Virus record (IMG/VR): IMGVR_UViG_3300028832_000123
Span: 1-64,000 of that record
Source: a virus
Lineage: Duplodnaviria > Caudoviricetes
Reading direction: 5' to 3' (one strand)
Length of the DNA stretch: 64,000 nt
Under the pieces are notes generated by a model that was given only the letters and a program-made list of their open reading frames with translations, was not told where the DNA came from and did no database searches. Below, in pieces: positions 9,168-17,346 of this stretch. The number at the start of each line of letters is the position of its first letter. Within the stretch, counting starts at the first letter, position 1. The translations under genes were made by a program, and so were the position numbers.

Positions 9168-9855
9168 CTGCTACCTCCCATATTAACTTTATATCCTGCA
9201 CAACCTTTGCGACCTTGCATCCGAGCTTTTCTGCTTCCTGCTTGTACAGGTCTTCGATGCTGTCCGGAAGCGTCTCACCATTCTTGATCATGTCATGCAG
9301 TCTTTTGTTGACGGCATCAGCGAGTGGATCGGTTTTGATCTGGACATCATGTGCTTCCGGTACTGAAGTGCTGATATGGCTGTATGGGTGATAACCATAC
9401 TTGTCATAGAACATTTCTTCTGCACGTTGTATGATTTCTTCCCTTGATGATCCACGTTCATAGAGGTGCCTTGCGAGCCGGTCCTGTGCAATCTTCAGAA
9501 GCATTTTGCTGTTACGTCCATAACGCATGACATTACTAAACAGTCTCCCGGTACCCAGTTTTAATGAGAAGATATAATACGGTTCACAGCAATCGAACTT
9601 TATCTGGTTCATGTCATGCTCGTCATTACATACATTGAGTTTTACAATCCGATTTCTCCGAATACTGTACTGAACCTTAACGGGCCTTTTACGCTGTTCG
9701 TCTTCCACAACGTCATCGCTTACTTCGTATTCCTCGACATCCCCATCATTGGGATAATTGATCAGCTGATAATACCTGGCTTTTTCTTTATTGAAAAATA
9801 CCTTGTTTATCCCGTAATCGCTATAGTCTCCAGACATTACGATGTAAACTTTCAT
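9145..9855 (-). CDS. hypothetical phage protein
   Basis: 236-aa ORF with N-terminal MKVYIVMSGDYSDYGI..VF motif common in phage hypotheticals. Confidence 0.6.
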   Translation of the reverse strand: MKVYIVMSGDYSDYGINKVFFNKEKARYYQLINYPNDGDVEEYEVSDDVVEDEQRKRPVKVQYSIRRNRIVKLNVCNDEHDMNQIKFDCCEPYYIFSLKLGTGRLFSNVMRYGRNSKMLLKIAQDRLARHLYERGSSREEIIQRAEEMFYDKYGYHPYSHISTSVPEAHDVQIKTDPLADAVNKRLHDMIKNGETLPDSIEDLYKQEAEKLGCKVAKVVQDIKLIWEVADDTESNS

Positions 9856-9858
9856 AGC

Positions 9859-10179
9859 TTACCTCTTCTTTCTGATGATATACTTACCACGCTTTGTAGA
9901 CCACGTCTTGCTTTTTTTGTCATAGCTCAATGTCTCATGCGCAATGCTGTCACGAAGCTTATCGCCGGAGCTTGTCTTGACATACTGGTTGGTCTCTGCA
10001 TTGTATATGTCATACGACTCACGCCTTTTAATCTGATTGCTTGACGTGATAACACTGGCATCCGCAACAGCTTTCCGCTTCTTCTCTTCCTGTGCTTCCT
10101 GCTGTTGTGCCACGCCCTGCTTTGAAATGGACTGTGAGGATCTGGGGTGCGTATGATAATATGATTTACTCTTTGCCAT
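9859..10179 (-). CDS. basic hypothetical protein
   Basis: Probable start MAKSK at 10179 coupled to the upstream stop (track start 10305). Confidence 0.5.
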   Translation of the reverse strand: MAKSKSYYHTHPRSSQSISKQGVAQQQEAQEEKKRKAVADASVITSSNQIKRRESYDIYNAETNQYVKTSSGDKLRDSIAHETLSYDKKSKTWSTKRGKYIIRKKR

Positions 10180-10813
10180 GCCGGTCATACCTCCTCTTCT
10201 GAAATGTTTCCATAGGAACAATGTTTCCTTCGCACTCGTTTGGAATGGATCCGTAGAACAAGATTGTCCTCGGTTCGAGCACTTCAAGCATCTTGTCATA
10301 TCCATGCAGGAACATCGTCTTGTCTTCCTTGCGTTTCATCATACCAACACTGCTGATTGCTACGGTTCCTTTGTACGGTTCCCCGTCAAAACACCATTTG
10401 TAACTGCTTTCATCAGTCCAGGTTACCGTAGGGTATACTCGGCAGCCTATCTCCTGCATCCATGCGCCGAGCACATGCTTCCGGTAGTGATTCCATATCT
10501 GCACCATAAAGGGCCAGTCAGTATACGGAGAAAAGTCCGGAGACAATATTGCCCTATATTGTTTAAGCATGGGTGCATACTTCTTTCTGTTGTTCCACAA
10601 CGGCTCAAAGCGGTAGTCATGGATAAAAAAATGTATGCCGTGTTCTTCCCTGCCGTACCATGTGGATCCGGCTTCATTAAACGGGATGTATTCTGCCGAC
10701 ACGTACGGTTCCGGTGTAATGATTGGGATATCGTACGCACCTTCTACATACTGAGGAACAAAGTCTACATTGTTTATGAAGTGATCAATGGCGTACTGTC
10801 TGCGGTCACTCAT
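10166..10813 (-). CDS. DUF4417-like protein
   Basis: HFFIHDYRFE, ILSPDFS, WNHYR, YPTVTW, CFDG, ILFYG motifs. Confidence 0.8.
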   Translation of the reverse strand: MSDRRQYAIDHFINNVDFVPQYVEGAYDIPIITPEPYVSAEYIPFNEAGSTWYGREEHGIHFFIHDYRFEPLWNNRKKYAPMLKQYRAILSPDFSPYTDWPFMVQIWNHYRKHVLGAWMQEIGCRVYPTVTWTDESSYKWCFDGEPYKGTVAISSVGMMKRKEDKTMFLHGYDKMLEVLEPRTILFYGSIPNECEGNIVPMETFQKRRYDRHGKE

Positions 10814-10827
10814 TGTACCCTCCAGGT

Positions 10828-11001
10828 TTAAAGCTTTTTGCCAGTGACAAGAAGAACAAATAATCTTGTTAATGAGTCCTGCGCACGTTGATATGGGTCC
10901 GCAACCATAGTTACTTTTTCTGCTTCGATCATCATATCTATTTCATCGTTAATTCTTTCTTTATATAAGTTGATTATTTTTTCTATTTTGTTATCATTCA
11001 T
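10828..11001 (-). CDS. small hypothetical protein
   Basis: MNDNKIEK... start at 11001 overlapping the PAPS-reductase stop (part of track ORF 10828-11187). Confidence 0.5.
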   Translation of the reverse strand: MNDNKIEKIINLYKERINDEIDMMIEAEKVTMVADPYQRAQDSLTRLFVLLVTGKKL

Positions 11002-12274
11002 ACTTGATAAAGTCCTTTCCATATATCTGACACAGATCATAGAAAACTTTTCGCATACCAAGACCCTTTTTGCTCGGAACCCAAATCTTTTTCGGATTCC
11101 AATTCTGCCAGTCACCATCCATTTTAGGCGCTGAAGGATCGTACTTCGGATTGTCAACCCACTGACCGCCACCCATGCAGTACTCATACTGCTTCGGGTG
11201 AGTCTTGGATAACCTTATAAAACGAGGTTCCTTTTCGATGTGAATTCCGAATCCGCAGTACACACATCCGGTCCTATCGCACCCTGTACATTTAAGCTTG
11301 CACTGGCTTCCAAGCAGGTTCTCGTAGTATTCATATCCATTGTCATCAACGTTGACAATATCACCATACACACTGGCAATCTCGATGCCTTCTTTCAGGA
11401 CATAATGCAGAATATCTTGCTCTGTCCAGAAGCTTAATGGAGCGCTTACCTGTTTCCCTGCTTCAAAAGCGTTGCATCCATGTTGGATCCACTTCTGTTG
11501 CCGGAGCCGTGACTCTTCAGCCATTGTACCAAGGTATGGTACCCTGTGAGTTTCTTTCTGGTATCCTTTCAGCACATTCTTTTTCATGATATTACAGCAG
11601 TAATGGCTAATCAGGAACTGTGTTTCCTGACAGAGCGGAAGCCATTTCTTTTTGCTGAACAGAGAATTCTCGTTAAAGTCTCCTGTTCCGAGCAAAGCCT
11701 TCCGTCTCCAGTTCTTCCAATTGTGCTTATCGTACTCGCCTTTCACAGGGGCGGATGTTACGCCGAACATTCCTTCTTCCGGCTGCTCTTTCGCTTGTTC
11801 TTCAGAGCTGCTTTCGTTTGTTGTATATAAACGAGGAACGCCAAACAATTCATCACGTTTCCCAAGGGCCCATGCGCCGGCGGGCCTCTCGTCTTCCTTC
11901 TCTTCCTTGTGCGGGACAATGTACCTCGCCGCATGGATTGCTTCAGCAACCTCTTTTGAAATCAGCGGATATCCATACTTACTGATTACTTCATCAAACC
12001 GCATCTTCGGTCTGATGAATAACGCTCCCATTTTTTTTGCGAATGCCTGGATTTCAGGGTACTCAAGTCCCGTGTTTGCAAATACCAGGGGAACGTCAGG
12101 ATACATACTATGCACAAGGTGGGCAAGCACAGTACTGTCCTTGCCACCCGAAAATGAGATCATAACGTTACCGTCAAAATGCTTATACCACTCGATGATT
12201 CTTTCCTCTGACATGGTAATCTTTGCTCTTAACGGTAGTGCCTGTAACTGTTGAAGTAGTATCTTATCTCTCAA
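10994..12274 (-). CDS. PAPS reductase family protein
   Basis: PP-loop SFSGGKDSTVL, FANTGLEYPE, CCNIMKK, GTMAEES..R, RTGCVYCGFG. Confidence 0.9.
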   Translation of the reverse strand: MRDKILLQQLQALPLRAKITMSEERIIEWYKHFDGNVMISFSGGKDSTVLAHLVHSMYPDVPLVFANTGLEYPEIQAFAKKMGALFIRPKMRFDEVISKYGYPLISKEVAEAIHAARYIVPHKEEKEDERPAGAWALGKRDELFGVPRLYTTNESSSEEQAKEQPEEGMFGVTSAPVKGEYDKHNWKNWRRKALLGTGDFNENSLFSKKKWLPLCQETQFLISHYCCNIMKKNVLKGYQKETHRVPYLGTMAEESRLRQQKWIQHGCNAFEAGKQVSAPLSFWTEQDILHYVLKEGIEIASVYGDIVNVDDNGYEYYENLLGSQCKLKCTGCDRTGCVYCGFGIHIEKEPRFIRLSKTHPKQYEYCMGGGQWVDNPKYDPSAPKMDGDWQNWNPKKIWVPSKKGLGMRKVFYDLCQIYGKDFIKYE

Positions 12275-12572
12275 AATTAATCATCTCCTCTGCGATCCTG
12301 CTAAGAACGTCATAAGCGCACGGTAATGCAATGCCGTTTCCCCACATTTTATATTGTGCAGAATCGGAACCATTTACTCCGTCACACCACCAGTCTGGAA
12401 ACCCCTGAAGACGAGCGCATTCTGTTGGCGTAAGGCGACGAAGCACATATTTCTTCTTTGAGTTTTCTTCCTGAACAATGTCTGTAAAATCTTTATAATC
12501 ACGATTTTTCAAAGCGCTTGATACCCCCCCCCTCAGAAATTCGGAGTGGCTTTGTCTCGTCCAGTAAATCAT
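12264..12572 (-). CDS. C5 DNA methyltransferase C-terminal part (TRD-like unit plus motifs IX-X)
   Basis: RRLTPTECARLQGFPD and QYKMWGNGIALP. Confidence 0.85.
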   Translation of the reverse strand: MIYWTRQSHSEFLRGGVSSALKNRDYKDFTDIVQEENSKKKYVLRRLTPTECARLQGFPDWWCDGVNGSDSAQYKMWGNGIALPCAYDVLSRIAEEMINFER

Positions 12573-12681
12573 TATCTCTCCTTATTACAGGAAGCATATC
12601 ATTGAACGCATCCTGTCCGGTGTAGCTTCCGGGGTGGCTGTTAGCGCATAGCGCTCCTGTCACTGTCGGATATACTTTCAT
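12499..12681 (-). CDS. methyltransferase variable-region (TRD-like) module ORF
   Basis: VTGALCANSHPG unit; ATGA overlap with upstream module; starts MKVY. Confidence 0.5.
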   Translation of the reverse strand: MKVYPTVTGALCANSHPGSYTGQDAFNDMLPVIRRDNDLLDETKPLRISEGGGIKRFEKS

Positions 12682-12950
12682 GTTATAATCACCACAAATT
12701 CACGTTCTATTCCCTGCCGGAGTCCCTGCCCTTTGTAATAGCTCGCGTCAAGCGTAGATGCTATGCCCCCACCTGAAGAATTGAGGACGAGCTTCCTGAC
12801 TTCTTCGTCCTCATCTTCACGGTCGATTAGCACAAACGGCGTATTGTTTCCGCCGGTACCCATGCGTGACGATAAACACTGCACAATGCCGGAAGGATCC
12901 ATCGTGACTCGGCTGTCATTGGGATGGTTTTCAATGGCATATACTTTCAT
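12678..12950 (-). CDS. methyltransferase variable-region module ORF with two TRD-like units
   Basis: IVQCLSSRMGTGGNNTPFV and IASTLDASYYKG; starts MKVY. Confidence 0.6.
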   Translation of the reverse strand: MKVYAIENHPNDSRVTMDPSGIVQCLSSRMGTGGNNTPFVLIDREDEDEEVRKLVLNSSGGGIASTLDASYYKGQGLRQGIEREFVVIIT

Positions 12951-13128
12951 TTGTTTTACTTTGCTCCGCTTTCAACACATTTTTTTGAGGTTCTGTAATG
13001 TACAGAATCAGCGCTGCGTCACCTCCACCTCCATAGTGGTATTTAGTGCATAACGTTGCGCTTATTTCTCCTTCCTTATAAGCTGTACAGTTATTTTGTT
13101 CCGGTACAAAGCAAATTATTTCAGCCAT
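12931..13128 (-). CDS. methyltransferase variable-region module ORF
   Basis: ISATLCTKYHYGGGG unit; ATG at 13128 overlaps the stop of the alternate-frame ORF. Confidence 0.5.
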   Translation of the reverse strand: MAEIICFVPEQNNCTAYKEGEISATLCTKYHYGGGGDAALILYITEPQKNVLKAEQSKTNESICH

Positions 13129-13848
13129 CTGAACCAACTACTTCCATCAGTGCTTCCATTAACATAGGCGGAAGCTCTTTCCTGCGCTCCTTTGCCCGTC
13201 TGATGATCCCAGCACACGCCCTTAGACTTAAAGAGTATTTCTCCGGCACGTTCGCTTGCAAAATCTGCAACAAGGTAGATTCTCTTACGACGCTGGGGCA
13301 CTCCCCAGTATTGAGCATCGTATACTTTCCAAGCGATGCTATATCCGTCTCCCAATATGCACCCAGCAGGTTGCCATGCCCCGTCCGCAGGTCGAGGCAC
13401 ATCAACGGTATCGTCGCAGACGGAGCAGAACGCATTGAGGACGGCTCTGAAGTCCTCTCCTTTGTTGGAACTGAATGCTCCTGGGACGTTTTCCCATACA
13501 GCGAATCGAGGAAATTTGTTTGCTGTAGCATTTCGCATCTCCTTAATAATTCTGATTGCTTCAAAGAACAGGTTGGATCTTTCTCCGTCGTGTATTCCTG
13601 CTTGTTTCCCAGCGATTGAGAGGTCCTGACATCTAACACGGCGAACCAAATGTAATAATGTCCACCGCTTCAATATCACCCCCTTTTATATCCGTCACGC
13701 TTCCGAGTTGTTTGCAGTGTGGGAACCGTTGTGCTTCGACTTGTAAGCAAAATGGTTCCACTTCTGAATTCCATACAGGTTCAATTCCATGCATGGCTCC
13801 GGCAAGCTCGAAGCCACCGCTTCCGGAAAAGAGCGATCCGAGTTTCAT
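13116..13848 (-). pseudogene. C5 DNA methyltransferase catalytic part, interrupted at the catalytic Cys by a 7-nt insertion (or recoded)
   Basis: Motif I SLFSGSGG from ATG 13848, motif IV GSPC then TAG (13635-13633); QDLSIAG, motif VI WENVPG and motif VIII PQRRKRIYLV continue in a shifted frame to 13116. Confidence 0.8.
13121..13639 (-). CDS. alternate-frame protein overlapping the methyltransferase (M.EcoHK31I beta-like arrangement)
   Basis: 172-aa ORF on the same strand in another frame with protein-like C-terminus STLLQILQANVPEKYSLSLRACAGIIRRAKERRKELPPML. Confidence 0.6.
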   Translation of the reverse strand: MLDVRTSQSLGNKQEYTTEKDPTCSLKQSELLRRCEMLQQTNFLDSLYGKTSQEHSVPTKERTSEPSSMRSAPSATIPLMCLDLRTGHGNLLGAYWETDIASLGKYTMLNTGECPSVVRESTLLQILQANVPEKYSLSLRACAGIIRRAKERRKELPPMLMEALMEVVGSDG

Positions 13849-13853
13849 CTGTC

Positions 13854-14921
13854 TCACCCCGCAATCCTTACCGGAAGAATCAGCCTGTACCCGCTGTTTT
13901 CTCTGGTATCGATTACGCACGGACTGCTCTGGGTGTTGAACTTTATCACGACCTTATCATCCGTAATGGAGTTGATTGTGCTGACCAGATACTTCTGGTT
14001 GAAGGCAATCGTAATATCCGGTCCGGTTTGCTCGCAGTCGATGCCGGCTTCATATTCCGCCTTACTGCTCTTACTGGACACTGTGAGCTTATCGCCGGAT
14101 GCTTTGAGTGTAACGATCAGCTTTGCTTCGTCGCAGATCGCACTGCTGTTTTTCAGGGCATCACGTAACGGCTCGGTGTCAATGAGGATCTCGGTCTTGA
14201 AATCTGTCGGCAGGATCCGCTTAAAGTCCGGATACTCGTTCGCCAGCAGGGAAGCGGATAACAGCATGCCGTCAGTCTCCGCCTGAATGCGCTTGCCGTC
14301 CGTTATAATCTTGATCGTCTCGCCTGACACGGTGTTGTTTTTGATCAGCTTTGCGAAGGTGCCAGGGACTACCATCACAACGTCATCGCACTCACAGGTC
14401 TGTGTGTCGGAAGCCATCTTAAACCCGTCCAGTGTGGTCATTGTGATACTGCCCTTCTCACAGTTCATATGAATACCAGTCAGCACGAGACGTGTCTGAT
14501 CCGTGGCAATGGCAAATTCCACTGCATTGTAGGAATATGCGAACTGGGAAGCATTGACCGTGATAACCTTTCCGGTTACGGGGACATTAGCGGGGATCTT
14601 TGCAGACACGATAGGAAGACGTGTGCGACCGGCACCTTTTACTATACAGGTCTTACCTTCTGTAGTGATTGTGATGTCGCCGGAGCACATAGAACAAACC
14701 CGTGCGAACAGGGAACCATCCACGCAGAAAGACTCGCCGTCACCGCCCAGCAGCGGTGTGCTCATTACTGCGGAGAAGGATCCGTTTGTCCCACGGGCCG
14801 TCAGTGTGTTGTTGTCATGGATTATTTCGATGTTGCTTCTGTTCTGGTCTTTCGGATCGATGCACTGTGATAAAGCTTTCATCATCCGGTTGAGTTCTGA
14901 TGCAGGTACTTTGATATTCAT
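13854..14921 (-). CDS. dnaN: DNA polymerase III beta sliding clamp
   Basis: 355 aa; TLDGFKMA, NEYPDFKRILP, IAFNQKYL, C-terminal LILPVRI. Confidence 0.85.
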   Translation of the reverse strand: MNIKVPASELNRMMKALSQCIDPKDQNRSNIEIIHDNNTLTARGTNGSFSAVMSTPLLGGDGESFCVDGSLFARVCSMCSGDITITTEGKTCIVKGAGRTRLPIVSAKIPANVPVTGKVITVNASQFAYSYNAVEFAIATDQTRLVLTGIHMNCEKGSITMTTLDGFKMASDTQTCECDDVVMVVPGTFAKLIKNNTVSGETIKIITDGKRIQAETDGMLLSASLLANEYPDFKRILPTDFKTEILIDTEPLRDALKNSSAICDEAKLIVTLKASGDKLTVSSKSSKAEYEAGIDCEQTGPDITIAFNQKYLVSTINSITDDKVVIKFNTQSSPCVIDTRENSGYRLILPVRIAG

Positions 14922-14998
14922 TATTCTTACTCCTTTATGTAGTATTGATTGGTAAAAAAATTAGTTGTGGTATATTATCTGCCAATACAGGGCATCCG

Positions 14999-15652
14999 TT
15001 ATTCTTCTTTTATGACATCAGGATTTATATCCGCTGCCACAAGTACATCTGTGATAAATTCATCTGGAATCCATATTCCTGCCTGTGTGCAAACAGCGTA
15101 CTGAACCTTTGCGATGGACATAATAGAGCTTCCCTGTTCTGTCATCGTCTTTGTCAGCACTTTCAGAAGGTTAGCAACTCCTCCGTGGCTACTGGTCTTT
15201 ATCTTTCCTGTTTTGGTTAACTCCTTTGGGATTTGTGCTATGATATCGTTTGTTTTTTCCATAAATTCCGCCTTCCTTTTTCTGAAATAGGCTTCAAATC
15301 CTGCCATGAATATTGAGAACTTCTCTTCCTGTATGATTGCTTTTTCCCAACTTCCAAAGCAGTCTTTTACATATCCTTCGCAGATCACATCCCCTTTTCT
15401 GCTAAACAGGCCAGCAGCTTTTCTTAATGGAGAACCGCTTTTCTGACTTGACAGTTGTTTCGCAAGGTATCTATCAAACACCGAATAACTATCAATTCCA
15501 CCCGGCGCATAGAATCCTTCGTATTTTTCAAATGCGTATATTGTTGGTTTCCCTTTAAGCCTTACAAGCGGTTCGCTATCTGTTATTGATCTGCATTTTT
15601 CATATATTGATCGTCTGCACAGATCTTCTAACATTGTTTGCCTGTTCACCAC
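14999..15652 (-). CDS. hypothetical protein
   Basis: 217-aa ORF, AT-rich; no recognised motif. Confidence 0.6.
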   Translation of the reverse strand: MVNRQTMLEDLCRRSIYEKCRSITDSEPLVRLKGKPTIYAFEKYEGFYAPGGIDSYSVFDRYLAKQLSSQKSGSPLRKAAGLFSRKGDVICEGYVKDCFGSWEKAIIQEEKFSIFMAGFEAYFRKRKAEFMEKTNDIIAQIPKELTKTGKIKTSSHGGVANLLKVLTKTMTEQGSSIMSIAKVQYAVCTQAGIWIPDEFITDVLVAADINPDVIKEE

Positions 15653-15780
15653 CTTCCTGCGTCGTGTATTCCGTCACTTCTTATGCTTCCTGTACCATCT
15701 TTCCACAAGAGCAATTGCATAGATCGGGAGCAGAATAAAGATAACCAGAAAAACTTTTTCCATTTTGTTTTCTCCTTTCA

Positions 15781-16077
15781 TCAGTCGCATGATGTGCCGA
15801 CATTGATGTACGCATACTCGTTATCGAACCAGAATCCATATACGCCGTATCCACGGTGCCACATTGTTGCAATCCCGCCATTTCGCCTATCAAGCATATC
15901 CATCAGAGCTTCGCCGGCCTCGTGATGTTCCATGCTTTTCAGTTCGGACAACTCGCCATCAAGAAAATCGCCGATCCGCATGACTCTCATCCGGCTTCCA
16001 CTCGCCAGGGTCTTTGCTTCTTCGATTGACAAGGGCCTAACTTCTATCCCTTCCACGAATGCTTTATTAACCATCAT
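15781..16077 (-). CDS. hypothetical protein
   Basis: 98-aa ORF coupled to upstream gene. Confidence 0.5.
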   Translation of the reverse strand: MMVNKAFVEGIEVRPLSIEEAKTLASGSRMRVMRIGDFLDGELSELKSMEHHEAGEALMDMLDRRNGGIATMWHRGYGVYGFWFDNEYAYINVGTSCD

Positions 16078-16303
16078 TTTTGTTTCTCCTGTTCATAGTC
16101 TCCTTGTTTAGATATTCAATAACTCCAGCGAGCAGGTAAATTCCGAGCGGATTATTCCCTGCATTTACGCTCGCATCGCCACAGTCCTGGGCCGTCTGCT
16201 TCCACCACTCGTCTGTGTCTTCCGGTGGAAAGTGCTTGTTAAGGAAATCAAAAGCTATTCTGAACATCCGAGGATGCAGAGCAGCATATTCTTCCGGTGT
16301 CAT
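16067..16303 (-). CDS. hypothetical protein
   Basis: 78-aa ORF with SD, downstream of the promoter near 16363. Confidence 0.55.
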   Translation of the reverse strand: MTPEEYAALHPRMFRIAFDFLNKHFPPEDTDEWWKQTAQDCGDASVNAGNNPLGIYLLAGVIEYLNKETMNRRNKNDG

Positions 16304-16362
16304 CCTGTATCACCTTCTTGTAAACTCATCGTAAGATGCCCTCCATATTTTTCTGTGTGGTA

Positions 16363-16390
16363 ATTATACTACATTAAACAGTATAATAAA
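16363..16390 (-). promoter_or_regulatory. promoter with 17-bp operator-like element
   Basis: TATAAT (16363-16368, minus strand); TACTGTT-TAA-TGTAGTA at 16367-16383; weak -35. Confidence 0.5.
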
Positions 16391-16410
16391 AGTTAAAAAA
16401 ATATTACAGA

Positions 16411-16638
16411 TCATACGTGTACGCTTTCCAGTTTGCCGTACATATTCCTGTGAAGCATTCCCTTCTCGTCACGGTAATAATCAGCGAAAGTATCCGTTAC
16501 AACCATGGCGATCTTTTGTGCGTCAATGGTTAAATGCGAGGTTATCTGGTGTTCTTCCGGCACAGTCGTACCGCAGTACTCGCACTTGCGATGCATATTC
16601 AGTGGAGCGCCACAGTTTGGGCAGTTTGTTCTGGGCAT
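16411..16638 (-). CDS. zinc-ribbon protein
   Basis: TNCPNCGAP..CEYCGT; paralogue of 8164-8469. Confidence 0.7.
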   Translation of the reverse strand: MPRTNCPNCGAPLNMHRKCEYCGTTVPEEHQITSHLTIDAQKIAMVVTDTFADYYRDEKGMLHRNMYGKLESVHV

Positions 16639-16782
16639 GTTATCACCTCACGAATACTTTCCCGCAGTGTCTACAGCGCATGACTGTTATTGTGTTCTTT
16701 TTATCAGAAACCACAATGTCATACGTCACCGCTTCCAGATCATGACCGAACATCAGACACTCGAATTTTTTCCATAACTTCT

Positions 16783-17346
16783 TCAGCATTTTCTTACCTC
16801 CATGCAGTACATCATGCAGTCATCAGCAAATCGTCGTGCGTCAGGAAGAAGTTCGACTGCTGTGCAGAATTCTTCATCCCACTCGCCATAGGTCCTTGGT
16901 CTCTTCTCGTCACGTACGTTTTCAAGCCGGCGCACGATGTCTTCAGCAGTCAGCGCCAGATTGAATTGCATCCGGTCTTTCCACTCCTGAAACTCTGCTC
17001 TTTGTTTTTGTGCTTTTTTTAATTTTTCTGCCCGTTTTAATGTCTCGATATCAAGTGGCGCATAAATATCAATTCCAAGATTAAATGTGTCATTAAACCA
17101 CTGAATCGCATTTGGGAACTGCATGTTGTAGTATTGTTGAACAAAAGAAATAACGTCACCACCACGTTTACATTGATGGCAATAAAACCCACGATTACCA
17201 TGATATAATACACAATTATAATTTTGACCACCATGCAATGGGCATTTACACCTGCCGTGTTTTATCTCTAACCCTATTGCTATTCCAACATCAATTGCAG
17301 AAATATTATCTTTAATAATTTGTGTTGCAACTTCAAGATTGTTCAT
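16783..17346 (-). CDS. CHC2 zinc-finger protein (primase zinc-binding domain only)
   Basis: CPLHG...FYCHQCKRGGDVISFV...FPNAI; no TOPRIM domain follows. Confidence 0.85.
   Translation of the reverse strand: MNNLEVATQIIKDNISAIDVGIAIGLEIKHGRCKCPLHGGQNYNCVLYHGNRGFYCHQCKRGGDVISFVQQYYNMQFPNAIQWFNDTFNLGIDIYAPLDIETLKRAEKLKKAQKQRAEFQEWKDRMQFNLALTAEDIVRRLENVRDEKRPRTYGEWDEEFCTAVELLPDARRFADDCMMYCMEVRKC

Noticed and set aside
10178-10831. Long plus-strand ORFs antisense to real genes (also 21035-21889, 31626-32537, 43665-44465, 55775-56464, 58978-59631, 60394-61338, 61482-62627)
   Set aside because: Shadow ORFs opposite well-supported minus-strand genes; no SD or recognisable protein motifs.
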